This document shows positions 48,096 through 58,080 of a stretch of DNA of 64,000 nucleotides, in pieces; within the stretch, counting starts at the first letter, position 1, and every line of letters begins with the position of its first letter. Made by a program: the position numbers and the translations under genes. Under the pieces are notes generated by a model. That model was not told the DNA's origin. It worked only from the letters and a program-made list of their open reading frames with translations, and ran no database searches. The DNA is from Candidatus Obscuribacterales bacterium (GTDB taxonomy: Bacteria; Cyanobacteriota; Vampirovibrionia; Obscuribacterales; Obscuribacteraceae): positions 2,720,420 through 2,784,419 of the forward strand of contig OZ245871.1 in assembly GCA_965229195.1 (NCBI GenBank), read 5' to 3'.

Positions 48096-49271
48096 ATGAT
48101 AGCCCGTAGATTACAGCAAAGTATCAAGGATGCGCTAGACCGACAGGCGGCTGTGGCAATAATTGGACCACGTCAGGTCGGAAAAACGACCTTAGCCTTA
48201 GCAATCGCCGAACAGCGCGAGTCACTATATCTCGATTTGGAATCTAGTCAAGATAGGGCTAAGTTATCTGATCCGGCTCTATTTCTTCGAATGTATGAAG
48301 ATCGCCTTGTGATCCTTGACGAAATTCATCGAATGCCTGAGCTGTTTCAGACTTTGCGTGGTTTGATCGATGAAGGGCGTCGTCGAGGAAGGCGCGCTGG
48401 CCGTTTTCTAATTCTTGGCTCTGCTTCAATTGAGTTGCTTAGACAGTCTGGCGAAAGTCTAGCAGGGCGAATTGAGTATATTGACTTGGGTCCGCTGGAC
48501 GCGCTAGAAGTAGCTGGCGATCAAAGAGACTTGGTCAAACTCTGGTTGCGTGGAGGATTTCCCGATAGTTTCTTGGCGAAAAATGATTTGGATAGCTTTA
48601 AGTTGAGAAAGAGCTTTATTCGAACTTACCTAGAGCGGGATGTGCTGCAGTTTGGTCCTCGAATTCCGGCGGAGACACTCGAAAGGCTTTGGACAATGCT
48701 TGCTCATAATCAGGGAGCACAGCTTAATGCTCTGAAGTTAGCCGGTGGGCTATCGGTTAGTGCACCCACTGTAACAGGCTATATAGATCTTCTTGTGGAC
48801 TTGCTTTTAGTTAGAAGGTTGCGCCCCTTTGCTGCTAATGTCGGTAAGCGCTTAGTCAAATCGCCAAGGGTTTATGTGCGTGACAGCGGAATAGTACATG
48901 CATTGTTGGGTATTCGAGACTTCGATGAACTGGCTGGTCATCCTATTGTGGGAGCCAGTTGGGAAGGATTCGTTATAGAGAATCTATTGGCCGCAGCGCC
49001 AGATGATACGATGGCTAGTTTCTATCGCACTACAGGTGGTGCTGAGATAGATTTGGTACTAGAGCTACCTGCGAAAAATGGCCTCTGGGCAATTGAGGTG
49101 AAGCGGGGGCTGGCGTCTAAAGTTGAAAAAGGATTTCACTTTGCCTGTGAAGATCTCAAGCCGGATCGTCGTTTTGTCGTCTATTCGGGCAACGAACATT
49201 ATCCTCTAGCTGCCGGAGTAGAGGCTATTGATTTGAGGTCTCTAGCTAGCCTATTGGCAGACCTGTGCTAG
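48096..49271 (+). CDS. AAA-family ATPase with a DUF4143 domain.
   Basis: The N-terminus (MIARRLQQSIKDALDRQAAVAIIGPRQVGKTTLA) is the canonical start of this family. Walker A GPRQVGKT. Confidence 0.85.
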   Translation: MIARRLQQSIKDALDRQAAVAIIGPRQVGKTTLALAIAEQRESLYLDLESSQDRAKLSDPALFLRMYEDRLVILDEIHRMPELFQTLRGLIDEGRRRGRRAGRFLILGSASIELLRQSGESLAGRIEYIDLGPLDALEVAGDQRDLVKLWLRGGFPDSFLAKNDLDSFKLRKSFIRTYLERDVLQFGPRIPAETLERLWTMLAHNQGAQLNALKLAGGLSVSAPTVTGYIDLLVDLLLVRRLRPFAANVGKRLVKSPRVYVRDSGIVHALLGIRDFDELAGHPIVGASWEGFVIENLLAAAPDDTMASFYRTTGGAEIDLVLELPAKNGLWAIEVKRGLASKVEKGFHFACEDLKPDRRFVVYSGNEHYPLAAGVEAIDLRSLASLLADLC

Positions 49272-49673
49272 CTGCGTTAGGTTTGTGGTTGGATGACAAG
49301 GTTAACCGCCTCACAGGTCGTGCCGCTTGATTGGTTATCAGGAGCTGCGATCGCTTGTGTGGGAAGTGTTTTGCTGCTTGTTTACAAGCCTTGATTAACC
49401 AGGTCCAATAGGGCCTTTCCTGAAGATTGGGTCTTATATGTCGTAGGGTCAAGGGCCTCTTTAACCAACTTTTCAACAAACCCAAAGATACAGAAACCAA
49501 GCAGTCCGTAACTCAATCCACATAAAAGCAGCACTGACGTTGTCTTTTGTTGGAGCTCACACTTTGCCGTGGGATCACTGAGTTGGGATTTGATTGGTTT
49601 CTTGTGGATTTGTTTGTGAACTGGTTCGGTTTTGTGTAGAGGAAAGCACCCCATCAACCCGAGAAGAGAACTC

Positions 49674-50807
49674 ATGAACACACCCTCCACGACCCCCGCT
49701 CAGAAGTCCAACGTCACCATTGGCTTCGGTCTGTCTCTCCTGAAGCAGGAAGCAGCTGCCTCCACCGGCAAGAACGTTCTCGTGTCGCCGGCATCTGTTG
49801 CCATCGCCCTGGCGATGACGCTCAACGGTGCCAAGGAAGCCACTCTTGCGGCCATGAAGGCTACCCTGGGCTACTCCGAAACGGAGAGCGTCGAAGCCAT
49901 CAACGCCAGTCTCGCTGCCATCATCGATGGTGTCACCGATCCCAACATCGGCGTCGTGCTCAAGGTTGCCAACGCCATCTGGGCCGAGAAGAACATCGAA
50001 TTCAAGGCCGATTTCTTCGACCGTGCGGCCGACAGCTACAAGGCCCAGGTCAACACCGCCGACTTCCTCGACCCGCAGACCGTCGCCGACATCAACGGCT
50101 GGGCTGACCTCAATACCAACGGCAAGATTCCCACCATCATCGAGGAAATCTCTCCCGACATGGTCATGTATCTGCTCAACGCTGTCTACTTCAAGGGCTC
50201 CTGGACCACCAAGTTCGACAAGTCGCTGACCACCACCGGCACCTTTGCTGGCGAAGCTGGCGCCGAGGACGCGGATATGATGTTCCGCAATGGCGACATG
50301 CGCTATTCGCAGGGCTCGAACTACTCGGCGGTGGCCCTGCCCTTCGGCGAGAACAAGCGCGTTCAGCTCTATGTTCTGCTGCCCAACCAGGGTGTCGACA
50401 TCAACGCCTTCGTTGCCGGCTTGGACGCCTCGGTGCTCACTGCCATCAAGGCCACCACCTGGGAGAGCGAAGTCGACCTCACTCTGCCGCGCTTCGAGCT
50501 CGACTACGACGTCGACCTCAAGGACTCGCTCTGCGCCCTCGGCATGGAACCGGCCTGCCTTCCTGGCGCCGACTTCACCGGCATGGCCGATGAAGCCCTG
50601 GTGATCAGCACCGTCAAGCACAAGACCTATGCCAAGTTCGACGAAGACGGTGGCGAAGCTGCTGCTGTCACCGCCGTCGGCATGGCGCTCGAATGCGTTG
50701 CCTACACGCGCCAGATGCGCGTCGATCGCCCCTTCGTCGCCATCCTGATGGACGAAGGCACTGACACCCTGCTCTTCGCCGGCAAGATCGCCTCGACGAA
50801 GAAGTAA
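49674..50807 (+). CDS. Serpin-family serine protease inhibitor (bacterial serpin).
   Basis: Serpin blocks (VLVSPASVAIALAMTLNGAKEAT…, NAVYFKGSWTTKFD…, a hinge/RCL-like region EDGGEAAAVTAVGMA…, C-terminal PFVAILMDEGTDTLLFAGKI). High GC3 relative to flanks. Confidence 0.85.
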   Translation: MNTPSTTPAQKSNVTIGFGLSLLKQEAAASTGKNVLVSPASVAIALAMTLNGAKEATLAAMKATLGYSETESVEAINASLAAIIDGVTDPNIGVVLKVANAIWAEKNIEFKADFFDRAADSYKAQVNTADFLDPQTVADINGWADLNTNGKIPTIIEEISPDMVMYLLNAVYFKGSWTTKFDKSLTTTGTFAGEAGAEDADMMFRNGDMRYSQGSNYSAVALPFGENKRVQLYVLLPNQGVDINAFVAGLDASVLTAIKATTWESEVDLTLPRFELDYDVDLKDSLCALGMEPACLPGADFTGMADEALVISTVKHKTYAKFDEDGGEAAAVTAVGMALECVAYTRQMRVDRPFVAILMDEGTDTLLFAGKIASTKK

Positions 50808-50976
50808 GACTTCACGCCTAACGCTTAAGAGCTAACACCTCTGCTCTAAAGGGCTGCTCGGATAGTTTTCCGGGCAGCCCACTTGGGCTTCTTGAAAAAA
50901 AAGCCACTTTAATACTATAGAGTGTAATTGAAAAATTTGGAATTTCAGTGACAGAAGAAGCTTATCGCCAGCTGAT

Positions 50977-52983
50977 TTAGGTTGAGGCGCTAAGTCGTCT
51001 TAGTTCCAAAACCCTCTGATGATGCGGGCCAAGAGTTTTTGCTAATTTGTCGGCGGCGTCGTGATAGTAGGCTCGTGCCTCAGCCTTTCTTTCTTGCTTC
51101 ATTCTTAAGTCACCCAGTGAAGATAGAATGTCGACTACAGCTAGGCCACGCGCCCGACCTTCCTTGCTGGCAAGTTCTGCTTGGGCTAAGTATTTGTCGG
51201 CAGACTCTAGGTTGCCTGAAGCCATCTCCACTCGTGCCAGTTTTTCATTGACCCGGGCTGGCAGGCTGAATTCGTTCGAGTCTGGCATTGTCGAAAGTGT
51301 TTGCAAAAGTAATGTCTTTGCCTTGTCTAGTTTGTTTTCAGAGATATAGATTTGGCTTAGTTCTATGGCTGCCAGTGCAACAAACCATTCTCGTGTTTGA
51401 TCTTCAAAGTGGTGGCGAGCAAGTTTTTCTGTTAATACTTCAGGTGATTGCATGGCGTCTACCCCAGCAAGCCCGGCCAAAGGTGAGCGGTTGTCTTGGA
51501 AAGCTTTTGTCGCAAGGTCTAGTTGAAGTTTTGCTTCGTTATTTTTGCCAGACAAGGCCAGTAATTTGCCATACGGAACTCTCGTCTTTGCCACAGCAAA
51601 TATGTCATCTTGATCGCCATCGCGCAGTTTCAGTGCTTTCTCGAACAGCGGCTTGGCTTTATCCAATTTTCCTTCTTCCAAATCTATCAGAGCCAGATAG
51701 CAGGTACTTCGACCAAGGCCGAACCGTCCTGCTGCACCTTGCTTCTCTTGTAGCGCTATGGCATCGGCGATGTAACTAAGCGCTTCTGAAAACCGACCGA
51801 CCAAGATTAGCTGATAGCCAATCTTAGTTAGAGCTTGAGGCAGTGTTGGGTCTGTCGAGTCTAGCTCTTTACGTTCGTCCAGGCTGGTTTTGAACTGCGC
51901 CAGGCTTTTTTCTGGATTAGAGACGAGTTCGTCAATTGCGCGACCCTCTCTTGCTTCCCAGTCGAAGTACAGCCTTGTTCGTGATTTTGCCAGTTTGATA
52001 GCAGCCAAATCGTGCAGTTGCTCTTTTACTTGGCGCACTTTGTCTTTGGGCACTAGTTTCGGATTTTTTTCGGCAAAAACTATATAGGGCTGAACAATTT
52101 TTTCGGTTGAAGGGAAAACACCTACGAGCGGATCAAAGTCGATGCTATTAAAATTGGTAGGTGTCTCGCTTCTAGTCGTGACTGTTGTGATTATAGTTGG
52201 ATAGATCGATGCTGTTTGTTTATGTTTTGGATCGAGCACATTGGTTTCATAAGCCAACATGTCGGAGTATTTTCTTGCTGCCATGGTTTTGTTTCCAGCG
52301 CGCTCGTATGCTTCAGCTAGACGAGTCGCAAGAAGAGCTTGTCCTGTGCGTGTAACAACTGGCGACATCCTGTCGCGGAACATCCGCTCTTTCTCTGCGC
52401 CTGGCGTGTCGGCCCACGGCCAATTCACTTCTTGATTCAATTTTTCAGCCGCTGAAAGATTTCCTGTTTTTAGATAAAGCAGGGCCAAGGCTGTCTTGCA
52501 GCTGCGTTCAAAGCCTGCGGCCCCTGGCGGCTGCATGTTAACCTTTCCCTTGGGTTGTTTCCATTGATTTTCACTAGAATGAATCGCGTCCTTATAGTTT
52601 TCGATGGCTCGATCGTTGAGATTTTTTGTAGTGAAATAGCGCGCTATCATTGCCTGACAGTCTCTTGTATCATCGGTCTGTTGAACAGTCTTAAGCTTTA
52701 GCAGGGCTCTGTCAATTAGACTAGCTATCTTCGTTTTGTTGTCGGCTGTGAGTGATTTTTCCAAGCCGAAAGAGCGCGGTCTAAGGATCATAATTAGTTT
52801 AGTAAAGTCGCCGGTTCCCTCTGCAGTCTTAACTGCAGATTCAAGATCTTCTACCAACGAGAGTGATTCGCTTTGAGCTGTGAGCTGAGCTTTGGTTTCG
52901 TTGGTGGGCATGGCACAGGCAACAGATCCAGAATAAAAGAAAAGCGAAAAAGACAGTGCAACTGAGTTGACAGATTTATTCAA
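50977..52983 (-). CDS. TPR-repeat protein with a signal/lipoprotein-like N-terminus. TTG start inferred; the ORF extends to 53106.
   Basis: Many TPR-like units. GGAG lies 7 nt upstream of TTG (LNKSVNSVALSFSLFFYSGSVAC…). Confidence 0.6.
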   Translation of the reverse strand: MNKSVNSVALSFSLFFYSGSVACAMPTNETKAQLTAQSESLSLVEDLESAVKTAEGTGDFTKLIMILRPRSFGLEKSLTADNKTKIASLIDRALLKLKTVQQTDDTRDCQAMIARYFTTKNLNDRAIENYKDAIHSSENQWKQPKGKVNMQPPGAAGFERSCKTALALLYLKTGNLSAAEKLNQEVNWPWADTPGAEKERMFRDRMSPVVTRTGQALLATRLAEAYERAGNKTMAARKYSDMLAYETNVLDPKHKQTASIYPTIITTVTTRSETPTNFNSIDFDPLVGVFPSTEKIVQPYIVFAEKNPKLVPKDKVRQVKEQLHDLAAIKLAKSRTRLYFDWEAREGRAIDELVSNPEKSLAQFKTSLDERKELDSTDPTLPQALTKIGYQLILVGRFSEALSYIADAIALQEKQGAAGRFGLGRSTCYLALIDLEEGKLDKAKPLFEKALKLRDGDQDDIFAVAKTRVPYGKLLALSGKNNEAKLQLDLATKAFQDNRSPLAGLAGVDAMQSPEVLTEKLARHHFEDQTREWFVALAAIELSQIYISENKLDKAKTLLLQTLSTMPDSNEFSLPARVNEKLARVEMASGNLESADKYLAQAELASKEGRARGLAVVDILSSLGDLRMKQERKAEARAYYHDAADKLAKTLGPHHQRVLELRRLSAST

Positions 52984-53102
52984 GCGAACTCCGCAGTAGA
53001 GAGATTCTTGTGGATAACCGTGTATGTTGTCACAGTTTGGGCGTTGGTAAGTTCGGCCAAAACAGTTGCTCAAGTGTTGTAGCAATGTTCCGGCGGTACC
53101 GG

Positions 53103-53789
53103 TCAAGGTTTGTTTTGATCTGCCCTCCGTTTAACAAGCTCCGACGAAAAATTTCTTTCAAATTCTAAAGCGTACTCGTTTTGATTCTCGTTTTTGAAGA
53201 GTTCTCTAAAGCGTTCAAACTCTGTTTCTGCCTCGTCGAGTCGATTGGCTAGTAAATAGGCCGTTTGAAGCTTGGCATACTTGAGCCAGAGCTTTGGCGT
53301 TGTATCTTGTTGTGCGCTAAACTCATGAATGATTGATTCAAGAGACTGAAATCTCAGAGCCAGAGGTATACCGCGTTGCACGATGCCTTCAACTACTGAG
53401 TCAGTGACCTTGCGAACATATTTTTTTAGGTGACCCCATTCAATCTCCCAGTTCAAGTCAGGCGACGATGGATTCAAATTATAAGAGAATAGCCAATACT
53501 CCTCGACTGAATGAAACCAATATGGCGATAGTAACTGCACTTTAGTTGGCATTTTCAGAAGACTTTCCAGCTCAGCTAACTCTTTGTGAATTACACCCAT
53601 GTTCACAAAAATCGTTGTTTTCTGAACTTGTGAATATCTGTAACCTTGCTTGATCTGGACGACCATATCAGCCTGGGGGCTTAACTCCAGCACGTAGTGA
53701 AAGTCGTCATCGATTAATTTGAAGGAGGCGCTTTCCATTTTCTTATTGATGAAGTCATCTATGTCATCCCGCCAAGTTTTCTCTTCCAC
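53103..53789 (-). CDS. Hypothetical protein (228 aa).
   Basis: ORF with protein-like composition between two TPR genes. No motif recognised. Confidence 0.5.
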   Translation of the reverse strand: MEEKTWRDDIDDFINKKMESASFKLIDDDFHYVLELSPQADMVVQIKQGYRYSQVQKTTIFVNMGVIHKELAELESLLKMPTKVQLLSPYWFHSVEEYWLFSYNLNPSSPDLNWEIEWGHLKKYVRKVTDSVVEGIVQRGIPLALRFQSLESIIHEFSAQQDTTPKLWLKYAKLQTAYLLANRLDEAETEFERFRELFKNENQNEYALEFERNFSSELVKRRADQNKP

Positions 53790-53812
53790 GATTTATCCTT
53801 CAATAGCGCAAT

Positions 53813-54751
53813 CTAATAATGCGATTTGTCCTCTATACTCGCCTTTTTAAGATCCTCAGCTGCTTCCTTTGGCTTACCAGTCAATTTATAGAGCGCAGCC
53901 CGTTCTTTGTAGAAGCGCGCTGTGGGCTCTAATTTAATAGCCTTGGTGTAGTCGTCGATGGCCTCTTTGTAATGCTTTGCTAGCGCCAGCATGCGGCCTC
54001 GTGTCTGGTAGGCTTCTGAGTCTAGGGCGTTGATTTTAATCAGCCGCGTAAGCTCTTCTGCGGCCTTGTCGTATTGATGTTGTTGTTCAAAGCAATCGAC
54101 TATGCGGTAAATAGTCCAATCTTTAAATTGTTTTTTCAGGGCGGCGCGATAAGCGGCAATGGCATCGTCATAGCGATTTAGGTTCACTAGTACTGAGCCT
54201 TTCAGTTCCAACATCTCAGGTTCTGGAGCAAATTTATCTGAATATATAGTGATGTCGCTAAGTGCCTCTTTGTGCTTGCCCATGGCTTCATAAGCAAGAC
54301 AACGCTGAAGGTAAGCTTTTGGTTCTGGATTTTTTACGGATAAAGCTTTAGTGCTGTAGACGATAGCCTGTTCGTGTTTATTTTGTAAATTGTATATTTG
54401 GGCCTGAAGTTTATAGGCATTTCCCCACTCGGGATTGGTTTTGATAGCGCGTTGGGTGAGCTTCTCGCATTCATCTATGTGCTCATCCGTGATGGTACTT
54501 TCTTCGGCCAAATATGTCCAAGTGAGCAGGCAGAGGGCTTGAACTGAGGCGTTAGGGCGATTGCACAGTTTGAGCAGTATCTTTTGTGCCTCAGCAATAT
54601 GTTTTTGATTCGTCAGTTGTTGCGCTTGCTTGAATAAGAGTTCTTCTTGACTGGCTGCAGCCGCCGGTACAAGTGTGGCTTGAGCGGTCAAAGCCAATGC
54701 TGTAAGTGAGCAAAATAGAGTATTTTGGAGCTTTCTTCGCAGGCCGTTCAT
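53813..54751 (-). CDS. Secreted TPR-repeat protein.
   Basis: Signal peptide (…LFCSLTALALTAQATLVPAAAAS) and tandem TPR units. Confidence 0.65.
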   Translation of the reverse strand: MNGLRRKLQNTLFCSLTALALTAQATLVPAAAASQEELLFKQAQQLTNQKHIAEAQKILLKLCNRPNASVQALCLLTWTYLAEESTITDEHIDECEKLTQRAIKTNPEWGNAYKLQAQIYNLQNKHEQAIVYSTKALSVKNPEPKAYLQRCLAYEAMGKHKEALSDITIYSDKFAPEPEMLELKGSVLVNLNRYDDAIAAYRAALKKQFKDWTIYRIVDCFEQQHQYDKAAEELTRLIKINALDSEAYQTRGRMLALAKHYKEAIDDYTKAIKLEPTARFYKERAALYKLTGKPKEAAEDLKKASIEDKSHY

Positions 54752-54758
54752 AGATTTT

Positions 54759-56054
54759 TTAACTCCATATTTCATACTTTTTGATTTTGCTGCGCAGCAG
54801 GTTTTCTACGAACATTGCTTTTGATCTGTCACTTAGCGCAGTCTTGGGAATCGTTATCGTGAGATTCTGCCCTCTGCAAATGTAGTGCTCTTTTGTCTCA
54901 ATGCAATTCTTAACCATGGTCCACGGATAGCTGAATGAGGCTCTTTTAGAGCGTACGCTGATGTCTGTGCTCGAGAGTGTAATGAAAAAAGGTAAGTCAA
55001 GTTTTACGAATTCGCGTATCTGTTCTATTCTTTTGTCAAATAAATAGCGGGCATGTAAGAGGAATGCTGGCACTACAAATGGTGCGCACGTTAGTAGCGA
55101 TGTGCGTACCCAACTTCCTACTTCGCCCATTGTGTCAGCCATAAAGTTGCAGTAGCAATAGCCAAATAATGTAAGCTTTATGTAGTAGAGCCCTAGACTT
55201 GCAATATCTTGCTTGAGGAACAGCTTTTTGTCGACTTCTTTTAGTTCCTTTATTGAATAGTTGCATTCGAAGGTGAGTGTTTGAGGGGCCGGCTGCTCGC
55301 TTGAAGGTTCTTGTTCTTCTGTCTGATCTAGCTCTGCTGATTCAGCCCGCTGCTTGTCGCTCAGAATTTCTGTCTTTTCATTGAGCAGCAGAGTGTCACT
55401 GGGAGCGCTAGCCTTTGAGCCGGTAAAAGCTATTTCGCCCTTCTGTGAACCTACTGTCGCGTAGGTCACCCCTTTATCAATAATCAATCTGCGGGTGTCT
55501 CTCAGCTGTTGGTTTGAAGCGAAACATCTCTTTGGTAACGGAAAAATCGCTCCACTAGAAACGAGAGTTAGCGATTCAGCTAGTTCATAGCAGGCGGTTA
55601 TTTTGGTCCACGGGGTAAGCACCTGAGTTGACTCTAGTGCAATCTGAAAACCATCAGTGGTCACTGTGTAGACTGTTGGTAAATGGAAGCGAGGATCTCT
55701 TGTGAATGTACTGAGTTTGTCTGTCTTTAAGACCTGCCAGCGCCAAAAAGCCATGATTGGAGGGCCAAATATAATTGCTAGAAATAGAGCTAAGGCGATC
55801 CATGTTTGATGTGGTCCAGCGGGTGGCGGCGATTTGGTAAAGATGCCTAAATAGCTGAGCGAAAACAGTACTGAGAATACGAATACGAGGCAGAAAATGG
55901 TGAAGACTTCCTTGCCACCCGTCTCTTCTCTATAAACTAACCAGCTAGCGTTGTTTACTTCCGCGGCCTGATAGTTGACAATTAGAACGATTGGTTCCAG
56001 TGCTTCCGGAACGAGTGAGTCTTTTTCAGTCGTGGTTTTTTCAGTTTCGCTCAT
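54759..56054 (-). CDS. Membrane protein with two YcxB-like domains (tentative).
   Basis: TM helices and repeated …PKxxF/L-containing segments (IFPLPKRCF, ITIPKTAL) reminiscent of YcxB-like domains. Start at MSETEK. Confidence 0.45.
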   Translation of the reverse strand: MSETEKTTTEKDSLVPEALEPIVLIVNYQAAEVNNASWLVYREETGGKEVFTIFCLVFVFSVLFSLSYLGIFTKSPPPAGPHQTWIALALFLAIIFGPPIMAFWRWQVLKTDKLSTFTRDPRFHLPTVYTVTTDGFQIALESTQVLTPWTKITACYELAESLTLVSSGAIFPLPKRCFASNQQLRDTRRLIIDKGVTYATVGSQKGEIAFTGSKASAPSDTLLLNEKTEILSDKQRAESAELDQTEEQEPSSEQPAPQTLTFECNYSIKELKEVDKKLFLKQDIASLGLYYIKLTLFGYCYCNFMADTMGEVGSWVRTSLLTCAPFVVPAFLLHARYLFDKRIEQIREFVKLDLPFFITLSSTDISVRSKRASFSYPWTMVKNCIETKEHYICRGQNLTITIPKTALSDRSKAMFVENLLRSKIKKYEIWS

Positions 56055-56067
56055 TGCCACTGAGGGG

Positions 56068-57978
56068 CTAAACCAGCAGATCTTTGAAGAATATGATTTG
56101 CTCACCGCGGTCGCGAGCATAGTGCATACTCATTTCTGCGGCACCAAGCAATGAGTTTATGTCGGTAAAGTCTTCAGGAATGCTGGCTGAGCCGAAAGCG
56201 TAAGATAGCTGCTTGCCTTCGGTACCGACCAGTGGTTTTTCTATTAGCGCCTTTATTATTTTTTGGACAAAAACCTTTGTGCCACTAGATTTGGTGCTGG
56301 GCAGAAGAATGCCAAAGTCGTAAGCTTCGTAATGAGCCACGATGTCGGTATGACGTTTCTTACTATTGATGCGAATTGTAGCGTCGGCAATGGCATCTAC
56401 CGGTATGGGTTTGCGTCGCACTACTCCGTCCACTGTTACGACTTCGCGGATCTCGAAAATAATTACCGACATAGAGCCCTTGGCCCGATAGATGCGGAAA
56501 AATTCTTCTTCTAAGAAGTAGAGGAAGGCTGGGTGAATGAAAAGACCAGTATCTTCTCGGCGCAGGCTCATCATTACTGATTGAATAGCAGCGCCGTCTA
56601 TGTTCTTAGGTTTAACGACTGGCTTGGTAGGCGGTCCTAATTTGGCTGGCTGTGCGAGCGGTGAGGCCGGTGCTGGCTTAGCCTGTTGAGTGGTTTGGGC
56701 TAGCGGAATTGGCTTAGCTGGTTGTGCCGGTTGAGCCATCGGTGCCGATAGTGCTTGCTCTCGCAGTTGTTGCGCCGTGAGTGGAGGTGGAGGCGGAGGA
56801 GGTGGTGGTAGTGGCGGCGCTGCCTTTTCTGGTGGCGCCGATTTGACCACGGCGGGCTTTATCGTTGGTTTGGCCGGTGCCTTGTTGACGAAAGTAATGA
56901 TGTCGCAGGCAATCAGGTGGTGAATTGATCGGACCAATAGTGGCCGTGGCAGAATTTGTACATTTTCCAAATCTGACATGGTGCTGTCGCCATCAAGACG
57001 CAGATAGAGTGCGGCAAGGGCTTCCATGTCCACTGGCGCATCAGGGGTGGCTTTGGCCGTAAATTCTTCGCCGGTTAGATCTTTATGGGCATGTTTGAAG
57101 ACTGAATCAGCAGTCATGCCGCGACTAGTCAGTTCGTCTAGAACCTGGGCTAGGGGCCGGACATGCTCAAGTAGAATCTCTGATGATTTGACTAAATTGC
57201 GCGTGCTTGTGGTGGCACCTACTTTGAATGTGTAGTTGGCGGCAGTCCAGTACATGATTTCGGCAAAGGCGCCGTCACCTGTTAGTTCGCCTTCAGTGTC
57301 TAGCAGTTTTGCTTCAATTGGGTGGCCTTCTTGAACGAAGAGGCTAGCAGTATTGCCTTCTTCTTCAAGTTGTAAAAGACCCGTCATTTTCTCGTTGCTA
57401 ATGAGCTGTAGTAGTCTTGGCAGCGGTAGTTCCGCTATTTTTCCGATTAGTGGAAATGCTAACTGTCTTGTACGTGGTGGCGCTGTTATGTTTACAGACG
57501 GACTTGTGGCTGCTGTTGTATTTGTAGATTGACCTGGCTGGTTCGGAGATTGTTTCTGTGAACCCTGGGCTGATTGTTGCCCCACTGAGGCGCTGAGGGA
57601 CATATTGGCTTTTGTTAGGGCCGGGTGGTTGTCGCTTGACTTGGCTAATCGGGCGGAATTCTCAACTTCTTCAGCTTTTGATATGACTTCCTGGGCATTA
57701 GCTGAAGCTGTGGCAATCTGCTTGTATATCAAGAGCACGTCGTGACCGCTAATTTGCGAGACGACGCTACGTTTGCCACTCTTTTCGCAAATCAAGAGCC
57801 AGCGCGGGTCTCTGTCTTTGAGCGAGCAGATTACTTCAAGGGTAAAGAGCAGTGTTTCGTTGTTGCGCCAAGTGGCGATAAGCTTCTCGCCAGGCTTCTG
57901 AAGAGACTGTGACAGCATCTGGTGAAGAACAGGAATGTCCGGCACATTTTTTAGGGTAATGCCGGTTTTTTTGATCAT
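56068..57978 (-). CDS. DUF4388 (PatA-N-like) domain protein with a poly-proline linker and a degenerate GGDEF-like C-terminal domain.
   Basis: DUF4388-like LLQLEEEGNTASLFVQEGHPIEAKL. PPLPPPPPPPPPL linker. The GGDEF position reads EAYDF (not GG[DE]EF). AAGGGGGAG RBS before MIKKTG. Confidence 0.6.
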   Translation of the reverse strand: MIKKTGITLKNVPDIPVLHQMLSQSLQKPGEKLIATWRNNETLLFTLEVICSLKDRDPRWLLICEKSGKRSVVSQISGHDVLLIYKQIATASANAQEVISKAEEVENSARLAKSSDNHPALTKANMSLSASVGQQSAQGSQKQSPNQPGQSTNTTAATSPSVNITAPPRTRQLAFPLIGKIAELPLPRLLQLISNEKMTGLLQLEEEGNTASLFVQEGHPIEAKLLDTEGELTGDGAFAEIMYWTAANYTFKVGATTSTRNLVKSSEILLEHVRPLAQVLDELTSRGMTADSVFKHAHKDLTGEEFTAKATPDAPVDMEALAALYLRLDGDSTMSDLENVQILPRPLLVRSIHHLIACDIITFVNKAPAKPTIKPAVVKSAPPEKAAPPLPPPPPPPPPLTAQQLREQALSAPMAQPAQPAKPIPLAQTTQQAKPAPASPLAQPAKLGPPTKPVVKPKNIDGAAIQSVMMSLRREDTGLFIHPAFLYFLEEEFFRIYRAKGSMSVIIFEIREVVTVDGVVRRKPIPVDAIADATIRINSKKRHTDIVAHYEAYDFGILLPSTKSSGTKVFVQKIIKALIEKPLVGTEGKQLSYAFGSASIPEDFTDINSLLGAAEMSMHYARDRGEQIIFFKDLLV

Positions 57979-58080
57979 AGCTCCCCCTTGTTCCACTTAG
58001 TTTATGCCATCTCTCGGCAGCTTCGGCAAGTGGTTGTAAAGGTTGAGGCTCAATGGTTACAGCTGTTTGGCTGATAACTT

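Noticed and set aside
49575-50621. 348-codon minus-strand ORF
   Set aside because: Antisense to the serpin gene, with the same high-GC3 artefact. Other overlapping ORFs (49927-50229, 50290-50604) were rejected likewise.
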